Below are positions 30,020 through 40,102 of a stretch of DNA of 64,000 nucleotides, piece by piece. The first letter of the stretch is position 1; each line of letters begins with the position of its first letter. This stretch comes from an uncultured Veillonella sp. (GTDB lineage: Bacteria; Bacillota; Negativicutes; Veillonellales; Veillonellaceae), in the NCBI RefSeq assembly GCF_900538355.1, contig NZ_UPXS01000003.1. One strand, written 5' to 3'. A program made the position numbers and the translations under genes. The notes under the pieces were generated by a model. It was not told where the DNA came from and made no database searches. It saw nothing but the letters and a program-made list of their open reading frames with translations.

Positions 30020-30574
30020 ATGAAACGTGCAACGGCAACGGCGCTATCGTGCGTCGTACTTGGGTGGTTTTATTTTACTCATTTAGATGATCCTATAGCG
30101 CGTCAAGTGGCGTACCCCTTTAACTATAGAGATGTAGTGATGGCTGCAGCTGAAAAGGAACAAGTACCACCCTCCTTGGTGGCTAGTGTTATCTTAGCTG
30201 AAAGTAAATATAAGAATACTGCCGAATCAGAAACAGGTGCTCTTGGATTGATGCAACTTATGCCTGATACGGCGCGATGGGTAGCTCAACAAGTTGGACA
30301 TGGCAATTATACAGATCGTCAGCTAAAAGAGCCTGAAACTAATATTGAGTTAGGTACATGGTACCTAGGTCATTTGTTAAAGGAATTTAATGGTGATGAG
30401 GTGCAGGCGTTAGCTGCGTACAATGCGGGACGTGGTCATGTTGAATCTTGGCTCAATGAGAATAAATGGAATGGAATGGTTGATACCATACCTTTTCCGG
30501 AAACGCGTAGCTATGTAAAAGCTGTCTTACAGTATCAAGAAAAGTACGAGGCATTATATGGAAACGATTATTGA
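30020..30574 (+). CDS. lytic transglycosylase (SLT domain), signal-anchored
   Basis: SLT catalytic region ESKYKNTAESETGALGLMQLMPDTA and AYNAG motif. 184 aa. Confidence 0.8.
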   Translation: MKRATATALSCVVLGWFYFTHLDDPIARQVAYPFNYRDVVMAAAEKEQVPPSLVASVILAESKYKNTAESETGALGLMQLMPDTARWVAQQVGHGNYTDRQLKEPETNIELGTWYLGHLLKEFNGDEVQALAAYNAGRGHVESWLNENKWNGMVDTIPFPETRSYVKAVLQYQEKYEALYGNDY

Positions 30575-31253
30575 AGCCTGTAAAGCATTAGATTATTCAT
30601 GGTTGCCTCAGCAAATTGAGGGCTTTACCTTAGTGGCGTCCAATGAAGCTGATTATACGGCACTACTTGAGCGTATCGCAGCATGTGAAGAGGTATTAAA
30701 GGTACCCATTTTCCATTATCAAAATGATTTGGGGTGGCGATGGTCTGCCTTATATGATAAAGAGGTAGAGGACTATACAGTACATATTGAAATGCCACTG
30801 TTTTCCTTTGTTGATATTTCTTTTGTACGTGCTGATTTAGAGTCTTTCTGGCAAGGATTACAAGATCGCTGTGTCAAAGGGTTAACGAATATGTTAATAG
30901 AGCCAGCGAATAACTTTACCTTTACCTATCGTCGTCGAGGCATTCCTGAATGGGATTTTTCCGAGGTTATGCCTAAAGAACTGGAAGGCTTTGTATGTGA
31001 TGTTGATCCAGCTCATGCAATCCGGATGATTAATGGTTCTTTTATTATCGGCGAGTATCGTAAGATGGACGAATGTACAGGATTATTGCTATATTATAAC
31101 GAATTGCGAGATGAATACTTTGCAGAGCTTCGTTATAAAAACTATCCTGAAATAGACCATCACCTAGATGCTAAAAATTTAGATGATTTAACTGCAGTTC
31201 TACGTGAACATTTGGGTCCTATATTAAAAGGATTAAATGAACGCGTTGATTAA
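30558..31253 (+). CDS. hypothetical protein, translationally coupled to the SLT gene
   Basis: 231-aa ORF overlapping the SLT gene 3' end by 17 nt. No recognisable motif. Confidence 0.5.
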   Translation: METIIEACKALDYSWLPQQIEGFTLVASNEADYTALLERIAACEEVLKVPIFHYQNDLGWRWSALYDKEVEDYTVHIEMPLFSFVDISFVRADLESFWQGLQDRCVKGLTNMLIEPANNFTFTYRRRGIPEWDFSEVMPKELEGFVCDVDPAHAIRMINGSFIIGEYRKMDECTGLLLYYNELRDEYFAELRYKNYPEIDHHLDAKNLDDLTAVLREHLGPILKGLNERVD

Positions 31254-31518
31254 GGATAATCATTATATATGACTATGCTATTTTTTGAGTTATTTTATAA
31301 TCATATGAAATAATCTGAGTGGGAATGTTTGGTTAAAGCCCATAAGAAAGCGTAGAATTTGTATATACACAGCAAATGTGATATACTATATATGACTTTT
31401 ATATAAATCTTTTAAAAGAGTGGGCTTATGTCCACTCTTTCATTTATGATTAGCCTAATTAAGGTGTTTGAAAAAAAGAGATATATACAAGATGTAGTAA
31501 TGAAGGAGGCGATGGCTA

Positions 31519-31976
31519 TGAAGAGAGAAGCAGTAGAGGAATTTGTATCCTCTGTAGTTGAAGGTATTATAGCCGGCACCGAAATGGAACTAGTCGATGT
31601 AGATTACGTTCGTGAACGCGATTGGTATTTACGTGTCTACCTTGATAAACCAGGTGGTGTAGATTTGGATGATTGTCAGATGGTTAGCGAAAAACTAAGT
31701 GCTGTCCTCGACGAAAAGGATCCAATTACGGAAAACTATTTATTGGAAGTATCTTCTCCAGGCCTAGATCGAGTTCTTAAAAAGGATAAGGATTTGATTC
31801 GCTATAATGGTCGTGATGTTGATATTCAGCTATTTAAACCGATTAATGGCAGTAAACAATTTACTGGTGCATTAGAAGGTTTTACAGACACAACTATCGA
31901 TTTTACTATCAATGGTGAAAGTATGACATTCGAACGGTCTGCCATTGCACAAATTCGATTACATCTTGATTTTTAA
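31519..31976 (+). CDS. rimP: ribosome maturation factor RimP
   Basis: ELVDVDYVRERDWYLRVYLDKPGGVDLDDC is the canonical RimP sequence. Start ATG 31519 lies about 9 nt after AGGAGG; the ORF-track 31428 extension is unlikely. Confidence 0.85.
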
Positions 31977-31993
31977 TATATGGAGGCATACGA

Positions 31994-33070
31994 GTGAGTC
32001 AAGAATTAATTCAAGCGGTAATGGTGCTTACAAAGCAAAAAGGTTTTGCTCCTGAGGTTATTTTTGAATCCTTAGAGGCTGCATTGTTACAAGCATATCG
32101 CAAAGAACCAACATCTAATCCAGATGCTTACGTTGTGATTGACCGTGAAACAGGCGTTTATAAAGTTATGGCTAAAAAACAAGTGGTAGAAACTGTAGAA
32201 TTGCCAGAAACAGAAATTAGCTTGTTAGAAGCTCGCAAAATTGACAAACGTTTTGAAATTGGTGACGTAGTAGAAGTTGATGTTACTCCAGCTAACTTTG
32301 GCCGTAGTGCTGCCCATACTGCAAAACAAATGCTTATTCAACGTTTGAAAGAGGCTGAACGCAGCGTAGTATATGAAGAATACTATAGTCGTGAAGGCGA
32401 TATCATCACTGGCGTTATTACACGTGTAGAAGGTAAAAATGTGTTTATCGACTTAGGTAAAACAGAAGCTATTTTACCGCCTACAGAACAAATTGCTACC
32501 GAAACATATCGCGAAGGGGATCGTATTAAATGCTACATCGTAGAGGTTAAGAAAACTACGAAGGGCCCTCAAATCATGATTTCCCGTACACATCCTGGAC
32601 TATTAAAACGTCTCTTTGAATTAGAGGTGCCAGAAATTTATGAAGGCGTGGTTGAGCTCAAATCCGTAGCTCGTGAGCCTGGTATGCGTTCTAAAATTGC
32701 TGTTTATAGCCGTGATGAAAATGTTGACCCAGTAGGTGCTTGCGTAGGTCCTAAAGGTCAACGTGTACAACATATCGTTGATGAATTGCACGATGAAAAA
32801 ATTGATATCGTTAAATGGGATGAAGATCCAGCAATTTATATCGCTAACTCCTTGAGTCCAGCAAAGGTTGTATCTGTTGATGTAAGTGAAGAAGAAAAAT
32901 CCTCTTACGTTGTAGTCCCTGATTACCAATTATCCTTGGCAATTGGTAAAGCTGGTCAAAATGCTCGATTGGCAGCCAAATTAACTAACTGGAAAATCGA
33001 TATTAAGAGTGAAACTCAAGCAGCTGAAGAACCTTTTGCAGGCTTCGGCAATGCTGAGGACGGTGAATAG
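31994..33070 (+). CDS. nusA: transcription termination/antitermination factor NusA
   Basis: 358 aa with an S1 domain and KH domains (GxxG: IGKAGQNARLA). GTG start with GGAGG RBS. Confidence 0.93.
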   Translation: MSQELIQAVMVLTKQKGFAPEVIFESLEAALLQAYRKEPTSNPDAYVVIDRETGVYKVMAKKQVVETVELPETEISLLEARKIDKRFEIGDVVEVDVTPANFGRSAAHTAKQMLIQRLKEAERSVVYEEYYSREGDIITGVITRVEGKNVFIDLGKTEAILPPTEQIATETYREGDRIKCYIVEVKKTTKGPQIMISRTHPGLLKRLFELEVPEIYEGVVELKSVAREPGMRSKIAVYSRDENVDPVGACVGPKGQRVQHIVDELHDEKIDIVKWDEDPAIYIANSLSPAKVVSVDVSEEEKSSYVVVPDYQLSLAIGKAGQNARLAAKLTNWKIDIKSETQAAEEPFAGFGNAEDGE

Positions 33071-33072
33071 TC

Positions 33073-33342
33073 ATGAAACCGAAATCCCAACCTATGCGCA
33101 CATGCGTAGGATGTGGTGAGCCTAAGGTGAAACGTGAATTGATTCGCGTAGCCTTAAGTCCAGATGGCAATATCAGTATTGACCGCACTGGAAAAGCACC
33201 AGGACGTGGAGCGTATTTATGTGAATCCATGTCATGCTTTGAGCAAGCCTATAAGGCTAAGCGATTAGAACGGTCATTAAAGCATAGTGTATCGAAAGAA
33301 ATATACGAAGCATTACAACGTGATTTACAAGAGAATGAGTAA
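33073..33342 (+). CDS. ylxR: YlxR/DUF448 RNA-binding protein
   Basis: PMRTCVGCGEPKVKRELIRV motif. Canonical nusA-ylxR-L7Ae-infB position. Confidence 0.8.
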   Translation: MKPKSQPMRTCVGCGEPKVKRELIRVALSPDGNISIDRTGKAPGRGAYLCESMSCFEQAYKAKRLERSLKHSVSKEIYEALQRDLQENE

Positions 33343-33354
33343 TCACTGATATAC

Positions 33355-33660
33355 ATGAATGAAGATAAAATTTTAAATCTCTTAGGATTAGCACAACGAG
33401 CTGGCAAGGTTATTTCTGGTGACTTTATCGTAGAAAAGGCCATGAAGAGAAAGGAACCTAAACTAGTCCTTCTCGCTGGCGATTGTGCATCCAATAATGA
33501 AAAGAAATATAATCAATTAGCAGAAACACATCATATCCCACTTCGTAGCATTGGTACTAAAGAAACTTTAGGAACTGCTATTGGTAAAGAGGTTCGGGTA
33601 GTAGTCGCAGTACTAGATGATGGATTTGCAAAGGCGTTACTAAAAGAGATTGATCGATAA
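33355..33660 (+). CDS. L7Ae-family ribosomal-protein-like protein (YlxQ)
   Basis: 101-aa L7Ae/L30e fold (GLAQRAGKVISG). Lies between ylxR and infB. Confidence 0.8.
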   Translation: MNEDKILNLLGLAQRAGKVISGDFIVEKAMKRKEPKLVLLAGDCASNNEKKYNQLAETHHIPLRSIGTKETLGTAIGKEVRVVVAVLDDGFAKALLKEIDR

Positions 33661-33675
33661 TAAGGGGGTATGTAG

Positions 33676-36120
33676 ATGTCCAAAAAGCGCGTTCATGAAA
33701 TCGCCAAAGAGTTTGGCGTAGAAAGTAAGCAGGTCATTTCTATCTTGCAACAACATAATATTAATGTTACAAAAGCAGTAAACTCTGTAGATGATTCAGG
33801 TTATGATATTGTAAAAAAACAATTAAGTAAGAAAGCTGAAGCACCTAAAGCTACACAAAAGGTAGAACAAAAATCTGCTCCAACAGCAGCACATAAACAA
33901 GACGCTGCACCACATAAACAACAAAATCCAAATCGTTCTAACGAACACAAAAAGGATAATTACAAACAAGGTGGTCAAAAACAAGACGATCAATCTAAAC
34001 AAAATGACCATAAAAAGGGCAATGTACGTCATGTACAAATCTCTGAGCCTACACGTAAATCCGAAGGTAACCAACAATCTGGTGACCGCGCTAATAACCG
34101 CCCTAACAACAACAGAAATAATGATAATCGTAATAACGGTCGCCCTAATGATGCTCGTAATAACGATAATCGCAATAACGACAATCGAAACAATGATAAC
34201 CGCAATTCTAATAATAATGATCGTCGTAACAAGAAGAATAAAAAAGGTGGCAATAACCGCCCTCAATCCTTGTTATCTACATCTATGCAAAAGAAAAAGA
34301 ATCGCGTAAAACATCGTAATGAACAATACTTACAACAAAAAGCTGAAGCTGAACGTAAGGCTGAAGCAGCGATTGCTACAGAAATCGAATTATCTGGTTC
34401 TTTAACTGTTAAAGAACTTGCTGAGAAAATGGGTCGCGAAGTATCTGAAATCATCAAAAAATTGATGCTTTTAGGTGTTATGGCTAGCATTAACCAAGAG
34501 GTTGATGTTGATACAGCTACAATCGTAGCTGAAGAATTTGGTGTAACTGTAACAGAAGTAGAACCTGAAGAAGATCCTACAGATGTTATTGAAATTGAAG
34601 ATGCACCAGAAACATTGAAACCTCGTCCTCCAGTTGTTACTATTATGGGTCACGTTGACCATGGTAAAACATCCTTGTTGGACGTAATTCGTCAAACTAA
34701 TGTAACAGCTGGCGAAGCAGGTGGTATCACTCAACATATCGGTGCATACCAAGTTCGTTATAACGACAATAAAATTACATTCCTTGATACTCCAGGGCAT
34801 GAAGCGTTTACGGCTATGCGTCTTCGTGGTGCTAAATCTACAGATATTGCAGTTCTTGTTGTAGCTGCCGATGATGGTGTAATGCCTCAAACTATTGAAG
34901 CCATTAACCATGCTAAATCTGCTGATGTACCAATTATTGTTGCTATCAACAAAATGGATAAACCAGGTGCTAACCCAGACCATGTTAAACAACAATTGTC
35001 TGAACATGGACTTTTACCAGAAGAATGGGGCGGCGATGTAATCATGGTTCCTGTATCTGCTAAACAAAAACAAGGTATCGACGACTTGCTCGAAAATATC
35101 TTGCTCGTAGCAGAAGTTATGGAATTGAAAGCTAACCCTAACCGTAAAGCGTACGGCGTAGTTATCGAGGCTCAACTTGATAAAGGCCGTGGTGCTGTAT
35201 GTACAGTACTAGTACAAAAAGGTTCCCTTCGTGTAGGTGATACTGTACTTGCTGGTACAGCATACGGTAAAGTACGTGCCATGACAAATGAACGCGGTGA
35301 AAAAGTAAAAGTAGCTCGTCCTTCTATGCCAGTAGAAATCTTGGGCTTCTCCGAAGTTCCACAAGCTGGTGAAATCATCAATGGTATGGATGATAACGAA
35401 GCACGTGCAATTGCTGAAAAACGTATTGCAAAACAACGCGTTCAAGAATTACAAGCTACTCACAAGGTTACATTGGATGATATCTTCAACCAAATTCAAC
35501 AAGGTGAGTTAAAAGACCTTAACATTATCATCAAAGCGGATGTTCAAGGTTCCGTAGAAGCATTGCGTCAATCCTTGGAAGGTATTAAAAACCCTGAAGT
35601 ACGTATCGTAATCGTTCATGCTGCAGTAGGTGCTATTAACGAATCCGATATCATGTTGGCATCTGCATCTAATGCAATCGTAATGGGCTTCAATGTACGT
35701 CCAGATGCAAATGTTCGTCGTGCTGCGGAACAAGAAAAAGTTGACCTTCGTACATATCGCGTAATCTATGATGCTATTAATGACGTTGAGTCTGCGATGC
35801 GTGGTATGTTAGCTCCTCAATTCAAAGAGGTTGTCGTTGGTCGTGCAGAGGTGCGTCAAGTTATCTCTACACCTAAAGCTATCGTTGCCGGTTCTTATGT
35901 AACAGAAGGTCGTATTACTAACGACTCTGAAGTACGTTTGATCCGTGATGGTATTGTTGTATTTGAAGGTAAGGTTGACTCTTTACGTCGATTCAAAGAC
36001 GAAGTTAAAGAAGTTAAAACATCCTTCGAATGTGGTATTTCCTTAGAAGGTTACCGCGACATCAAGGAAGGCGACGTAATCGAAGCGTACTTGATGGAAG
36101 AAATTGCACCTCAAATTTAG
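33676..36120 (+). CDS. infB: translation initiation factor IF-2
   Basis: 814 aa. N-terminal low-complexity N/D/R-rich region. G-domain with [22 protein letters not shown]-terminal beta-barrel domains. Confidence 0.95.
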   Translation: MSKKRVHEIAKEFGVESKQVISILQQHNINVTKAVNSVDDSGYDIVKKQLSKKAEAPKATQKVEQKSAPTAAHKQDAAPHKQQNPNRSNEHKKDNYKQGGQKQDDQSKQNDHKKGNVRHVQISEPTRKSEGNQQSGDRANNRPNNNRNNDNRNNGRPNDARNNDNRNNDNRNNDNRNSNNNDRRNKKNKKGGNNRPQSLLSTSMQKKKNRVKHRNEQYLQQKAEAERKAEAAIATEIELSGSLTVKELAEKMGREVSEIIKKLMLLGVMASINQEVDVDTATIVAEEFGVTVTEVEPEEDPTDVIEIEDAPETLKPRPPVVTIMGHVDHGKTSLLDVIRQTNVTAGEAGGITQHIGAYQVRYNDNKITFLDTPGHEAFTAMRLRGAKSTDIAVLVVAADDGVMPQTIEAINHAKSADVPIIVAINKMDKPGANPDHVKQQLSEHGLLPEEWGGDVIMVPVSAKQKQGIDDLLENILLVAEVMELKANPNRKAYGVVIEAQLDKGRGAVCTVLVQKGSLRVGDTVLAGTAYGKVRAMTNERGEKVKVARPSMPVEILGFSEVPQAGEIINGMDDNEARAIAEKRIAKQRVQELQATHKVTLDDIFNQIQQGELKDLNIIIKADVQGSVEALRQSLEGIKNPEVRIVIVHAAVGAINESDIMLASASNAIVMGFNVRPDANVRRAAEQEKVDLRTYRVIYDAINDVESAMRGMLAPQFKEVVVGRAEVRQVISTPKAIVAGSYVTEGRITNDSEVRLIRDGIVVFEGKVDSLRRFKDEVKEVKTSFECGISLEGYRDIKEGDVIEAYLMEEIAPQI
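34085..34230 (+). repeat. degenerate tandem 9/18-nt repeats encoding the (N-N-D-N-R) low-complexity linker of IF-2
   Basis: aataacgataatcgcaataacgacaatcgaaacaatgataaccgcaat. The spurious alternative-frame ORFs in this region are artifacts. Confidence 0.7.
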
Positions 36121-36129
36121 GAGGTTTAT

Positions 36130-36486
36130 ATGAGTGACGTTCGTGTCAGAAAATTACAAGAATTCATCAAACAAGAGGTAAGTCAAATGTTGATGCGCGG
36201 ATTGAAAGATCCACGCATCGGCTTCACTACTATTACCGATGTTCATGTAACAGGCGATTTGCGTGAAGCTACGATTTATGTCTCCTTGTTTGGTTCCGAT
36301 AAGGAAAAAGAAGATACACTTATCGCTTTAAAGCATGCAGCAGGTCATATTCGTACTGAGCTTGGCAAAGTACTTAAATTGCGTCATATTCCTTCTATCA
36401 CATTCGATAAGGATACGTCTTTAGACTATAGCATGCATATTGAATCCCTTTTGAATGAAATCAAAAAGGACGAAGAAAAAAATTAA
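36130..36486 (+). CDS. rbfA: ribosome-binding factor A
   Basis: 118 aa. RVRKLQEFIKQEVSQML...TITDVHVTGDL is the RbfA KH-like fold. Confidence 0.9.
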   Translation: MSDVRVRKLQEFIKQEVSQMLMRGLKDPRIGFTTITDVHVTGDLREATIYVSLFGSDKEKEDTLIALKHAAGHIRTELGKVLKLRHIPSITFDKDTSLDYSMHIESLLNEIKKDEEKN

Positions 36487-36503
36487 CACAAAGGATACAG
36501 AAC

Positions 36504-37448
36504 ATGAGTAAGATTACTATTAATCAATTACATATGGCTCTGTGTGAAGCTAATTCTATTATGCTAACCGTCCATGTTAGACCTGATGGCGATGCTATCG
36601 GGTCCATGGTGGCCTTTTACGAAGCCCTTGTAGGGCAAGGTAAAACTGTATATATGGTAGTGGATGATGTAGTTCCTGAGAAGTACTCATTCTTACGATA
36701 TACGGACCACATCCATGATGTAGCGTATTTTGAAACAAACCCTGTTGATATTGATATGCTAATGGTATTGGATGCTAGCACGTATGAGCGAATTGGCAAA
36801 GTAGGTGCACTATGGAGTGCACCTATTTTTAATATAGACCACCATATTTCTAATACAGAATTTGCTGATCATCTATATTTGAAGCCTGACTTTGCTGCTA
36901 CTGGTGAAATCGTTACCGATTTATGTACAAAATGGAATTGGCCTATCACTGAGTCTATGGGTACTGCTTTATATATGGCTATTGCTACTGACTGTGGTTT
37001 CTTTAAGTTTAGCAATACAACTGCTAATACATTAGAAATGGCTGCTAAATGTGTAGCAGCCGGTGCTAGACCTAATGTTATTTCTGAAACGATTGAGGCT
37101 GTGTCCGCAAGTCGTCTAGAATTAACAAAACAAGTTATGCAAACTATTGAGTTCTACAAGAATAATACAGTAGCTACCATCGAGTTGAATCGTGAGGCTA
37201 TGAATATTCTCGGCGATGACACAGATGGCTTTGTAGATATTATTAGAAATGTAGATACTGTTGATATAGCTATTTTATTGAAAGCTGAATCTGATGACAG
37301 AACACGGGTAAGCTTACGATCTAAAGGGACCGATGTAAATGCTATTGCTAGCAATTTTGGCGGTGGCGGTCATATTAGAGCTTCTGGTTGTACGATTAAT
37401 CTACCATTACAAGAAGCAAAACAGGCCCTCATCGAGGTGATTAAATAA
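36504..37448 (+). CDS. nrnA: DHH-family bifunctional oligoribonuclease / pAp phosphatase
   Basis: DHH motif HVRPDGDAIGS and DHHA1 GGGGH motif. Confidence 0.8.
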   Translation: MSKITINQLHMALCEANSIMLTVHVRPDGDAIGSMVAFYEALVGQGKTVYMVVDDVVPEKYSFLRYTDHIHDVAYFETNPVDIDMLMVLDASTYERIGKVGALWSAPIFNIDHHISNTEFADHLYLKPDFAATGEIVTDLCTKWNWPITESMGTALYMAIATDCGFFKFSNTTANTLEMAAKCVAAGARPNVISETIEAVSASRLELTKQVMQTIEFYKNNTVATIELNREAMNILGDDTDGFVDIIRNVDTVDIAILLKAESDDRTRVSLRSKGTDVNAIASNFGGGGHIRASGCTINLPLQEAKQALIEVIK

Positions 37449-38389
37449 TGGATGGCATTTTACCATTTTTAAAACCTCCGGGTATAACAAGCCATGATGC
37501 TGTTGCTATTTGTCGTCGCATTTTAAAAGAAAAGCGCATTGGCCATAGTGGTACTTTAGATCCAATGGCCTATGGCGTGTTGCCCGTTTTTCTTGGTAAG
37601 GCTACGCGTCTTATTGAGTATACAGAGGGTTTTGATAAAACCTATGTGGCAGAATGTAAATTTGGTACTTTTACCGATACTGAAGATAGTTCTGGGCAAC
37701 CCGTATTACCTGATAAAGATATGGTATTGCGAGACGGCGTTCTATTGAATGAATCCATTCAAAGTTTAGAACTTTCCGATGCCATGCTTAAACCTACTTT
37801 TGATGAATTAGTTAATACATTGAATACCTTTATTGGTATTCAAAATCAGAGACCATCAAAATATTCTGCTATTAAGATAAAGGGGATACGTGCTTATGAA
37901 TATGCTCGTAAAGGGATTCCTGTAGAATTGCCATTACGTCAGATTCATATTAAACATATTGAGCTGATAGCGTATGGTTTTCCTTATTTTACAGTTCGTG
38001 TAACTTGTTCTGGAGGCACCTATATTCGCTCATTATTACGTGATATATGTGTTTCATTAGGTATACCAGGAACCATGACATCCTTGGCACGTACCCAAGT
38101 GGGGCCGTTTGATATTAGTTCTGCTAAAATGGCTGAAGAGTTGATGATTCATGGTGAAAGCCTATTGTTACCAACGGATACAGCCGTTTCTCATCTTTCA
38201 AAAGTAACGGTAAATAGTGTACAATTAAAGATGATGGTGCAAGGTAAGGAATTGCCTATTAGTAGCGAATTTTCTTATACTGAACCAGAACATTATTATA
38301 GAGCCTATGGTCCTCATGGATTTATAGGGATTATGAAACGAACTAACCACTCTTTGAAGGTGGACAAAAATATTTTTATTGAAGGATAA
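37448..38389 (+). CDS. truB: tRNA pseudouridine(55) synthase
   Basis: HSGTLDPMAYGVLPV catalytic Asp motif. 313 aa. Confidence 0.9.
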   Translation: MDGILPFLKPPGITSHDAVAICRRILKEKRIGHSGTLDPMAYGVLPVFLGKATRLIEYTEGFDKTYVAECKFGTFTDTEDSSGQPVLPDKDMVLRDGVLLNESIQSLELSDAMLKPTFDELVNTLNTFIGIQNQRPSKYSAIKIKGIRAYEYARKGIPVELPLRQIHIKHIELIAYGFPYFTVRVTCSGGTYIRSLLRDICVSLGIPGTMTSLARTQVGPFDISSAKMAEELMIHGESLLLPTDTAVSHLSKVTVNSVQLKMMVQGKELPISSEFSYTEPEHYYRAYGPHGFIGIMKRTNHSLKVDKNIFIEG

Positions 38390-38391
38390 GT

Positions 38392-39324
38392 ATGAAGCAA
38401 ATACATTCGTTTGATGAACTGCGTCAAATCAAAGATACAAAAGTATATGCCCTAGGTACCTTTGATGGTATTCATCGAGGTCATCAACGAGTTATACGCA
38501 AGGCCGTTGATGAGGCAATGGCAGTTAATGGTGTTAGTATAATCATTACCTTTGAACATCATCCACTAACTATACTACATCCAGATCGAGTTCCTAAACG
38601 GGTTATTCAAGAAGAGATTATGGATTCAGTTCTTGAAGATTTGAATGTAGACTATATTTTACGGTTGCCTATGACTGAAGAGTTGCTAAAGATGAGTGCT
38701 GACGATTTTTTAGGAGCTCTTTGTACAGATATGAATGTAGCTGCTATTGTAATTGGAGAAAACTTTACATTTGGTGCTAAAGGTCTTGGTAATCCAGAGT
38801 ATATGAAACAAGTATTAGCGGATAAGCATATACAAGTTTTAGTGCAGCCCTTATTGCCTTGTGATGGACTTAGTACACCTATTTCAAGTACGGAGATTAG
38901 AAAGGCTATTCGCGAAGGGCGTTTAGAAGATGCTACTCATTGGCTTGGAAGACCATTCCAATTTAAAGGGACTGTTATTAAAGGTGATCAACGAGGACGT
39001 ACATTAGGATTCCCAACATTGAACTTGTTGCTTCCTAATGAAATGGCTACACCTCCAGATGGTGTATACGCTAATCGCGTGTGTATCGATGGTATTTGGT
39101 ATGATGGGGTAGGTAATATTGGGGATAATCCTACATTTAAGAATCAGTACCATAGATGCGAAGTACACGTATTTAACTTTGACCAAGATATATATGGAAA
39201 AGAAGTAATTGTACAATTTATTTCCTATCTTAGAGGGGAAGTTAAATTTAATAACTTACAAGATCTTATTGATCAAATGAAGGTAGATGAAGAACAGGCT
39301 CTAGCTGTTTTAGCTAAAGCATAA
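38392..39324 (+). CDS. ribF: bifunctional riboflavin kinase / FMN adenylyltransferase
   Basis: N-terminal FAD synthetase domain (GTFDGIHRGHQ). C-terminal riboflavin kinase domain (GDQRGRTLGFPTLN). Confidence 0.9.
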   Translation: MKQIHSFDELRQIKDTKVYALGTFDGIHRGHQRVIRKAVDEAMAVNGVSIIITFEHHPLTILHPDRVPKRVIQEEIMDSVLEDLNVDYILRLPMTEELLKMSADDFLGALCTDMNVAAIVIGENFTFGAKGLGNPEYMKQVLADKHIQVLVQPLLPCDGLSTPISSTEIRKAIREGRLEDATHWLGRPFQFKGTVIKGDQRGRTLGFPTLNLLLPNEMATPPDGVYANRVCIDGIWYDGVGNIGDNPTFKNQYHRCEVHVFNFDQDIYGKEVIVQFISYLRGEVKFNNLQDLIDQMKVDEEQALAVLAKA

Positions 39325-39337
39325 TAAGGGGGTTCTC

Positions 39338-40102
39338 ATGGATATTAAAGAAGCTCGCAAACAAATAGATAGTATTGACTCCGTACTTGTTACAGAGTTT
39401 GAAAAACGTCTTACATTGATTAAAGAGATTGGTAAATATAAAGATGAACATCATTTGCCACTCATTGATGAAGAACGTGATGAAAGTATTATTGCGTTGC
39501 ATACTGAAAACTGCAAAGATAAAACATTGGCACCTTATATTGAAAATTATATAAAAACTGTTGTGTCTATGAGCAATGAGTTTTTAAAAGAGCATATGCA
39601 TAAGCATATTTTCCTCATTGGCATGCCAGGCGCTGGTAAGACAACAGTTGGCAAAATGCTAGCTAAAGAATTAGGAAGAGATTTTTACGATCTAGATCAA
39701 ACGATTCAAGATAAGGTTGGTAAATCTGTTCAAAAAATCTTTATTTATGATGGTAAAGATGCTTTTAGTGAATATGAATATAATACGATTAAAGAATTAA
39801 TTCATAATAAACCATCTGTTATTGCTACCGGTGGTGGTACTGTTACTTATGATAAAACAGTTAAGCTAATGCGCAATAATGGTCTTGTTGTATTTGTTAA
39901 TCGCGATGTGAATCATATCTTAGATGATTTGGATCTTGAAATTCGTCCACTTGTAAAAGAAAGTATTGAATATATCTTCAATGTATATGAAGAACGATAC
40001 CCTTTATACGAAGAAGTGGCTCATATCAAAATTGGTAATGAAGGTAGCATTACCGATGCGGTACAAGAAATTATTGAAGCTTTGCCTAATACGGAGAAAT
40101 AA
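39338..40102 (+). CDS. chorismate mutase (AroQ) - shikimate kinase fusion protein
   Basis: N-terminal AroQ helix (IKEARKQIDSIDSVLVTEFEKR). C-terminal shikimate kinase P-loop (LIGMPGAGKTTVGK, DLDQ). Confidence 0.7.
   Translation: MDIKEARKQIDSIDSVLVTEFEKRLTLIKEIGKYKDEHHLPLIDEERDESIIALHTENCKDKTLAPYIENYIKTVVSMSNEFLKEHMHKHIFLIGMPGAGKTTVGKMLAKELGRDFYDLDQTIQDKVGKSVQKIFIYDGKDAFSEYEYNTIKELIHNKPSVIATGGGTVTYDKTVKLMRNNGLVVFVNRDVNHILDDLDLEIRPLVKESIEYIFNVYEERYPLYEEVAHIKIGNEGSITDAVQEIIEALPNTEK

Noticed and set aside
33823-34490. Several 74-147-aa ORFs on both strands inside infB
   Set aside because: They come from the low-complexity tandem-repeat region of infB read in wrong frames or antisense. The Ile/Val/Thr/Leu-rich translations are not real proteins.
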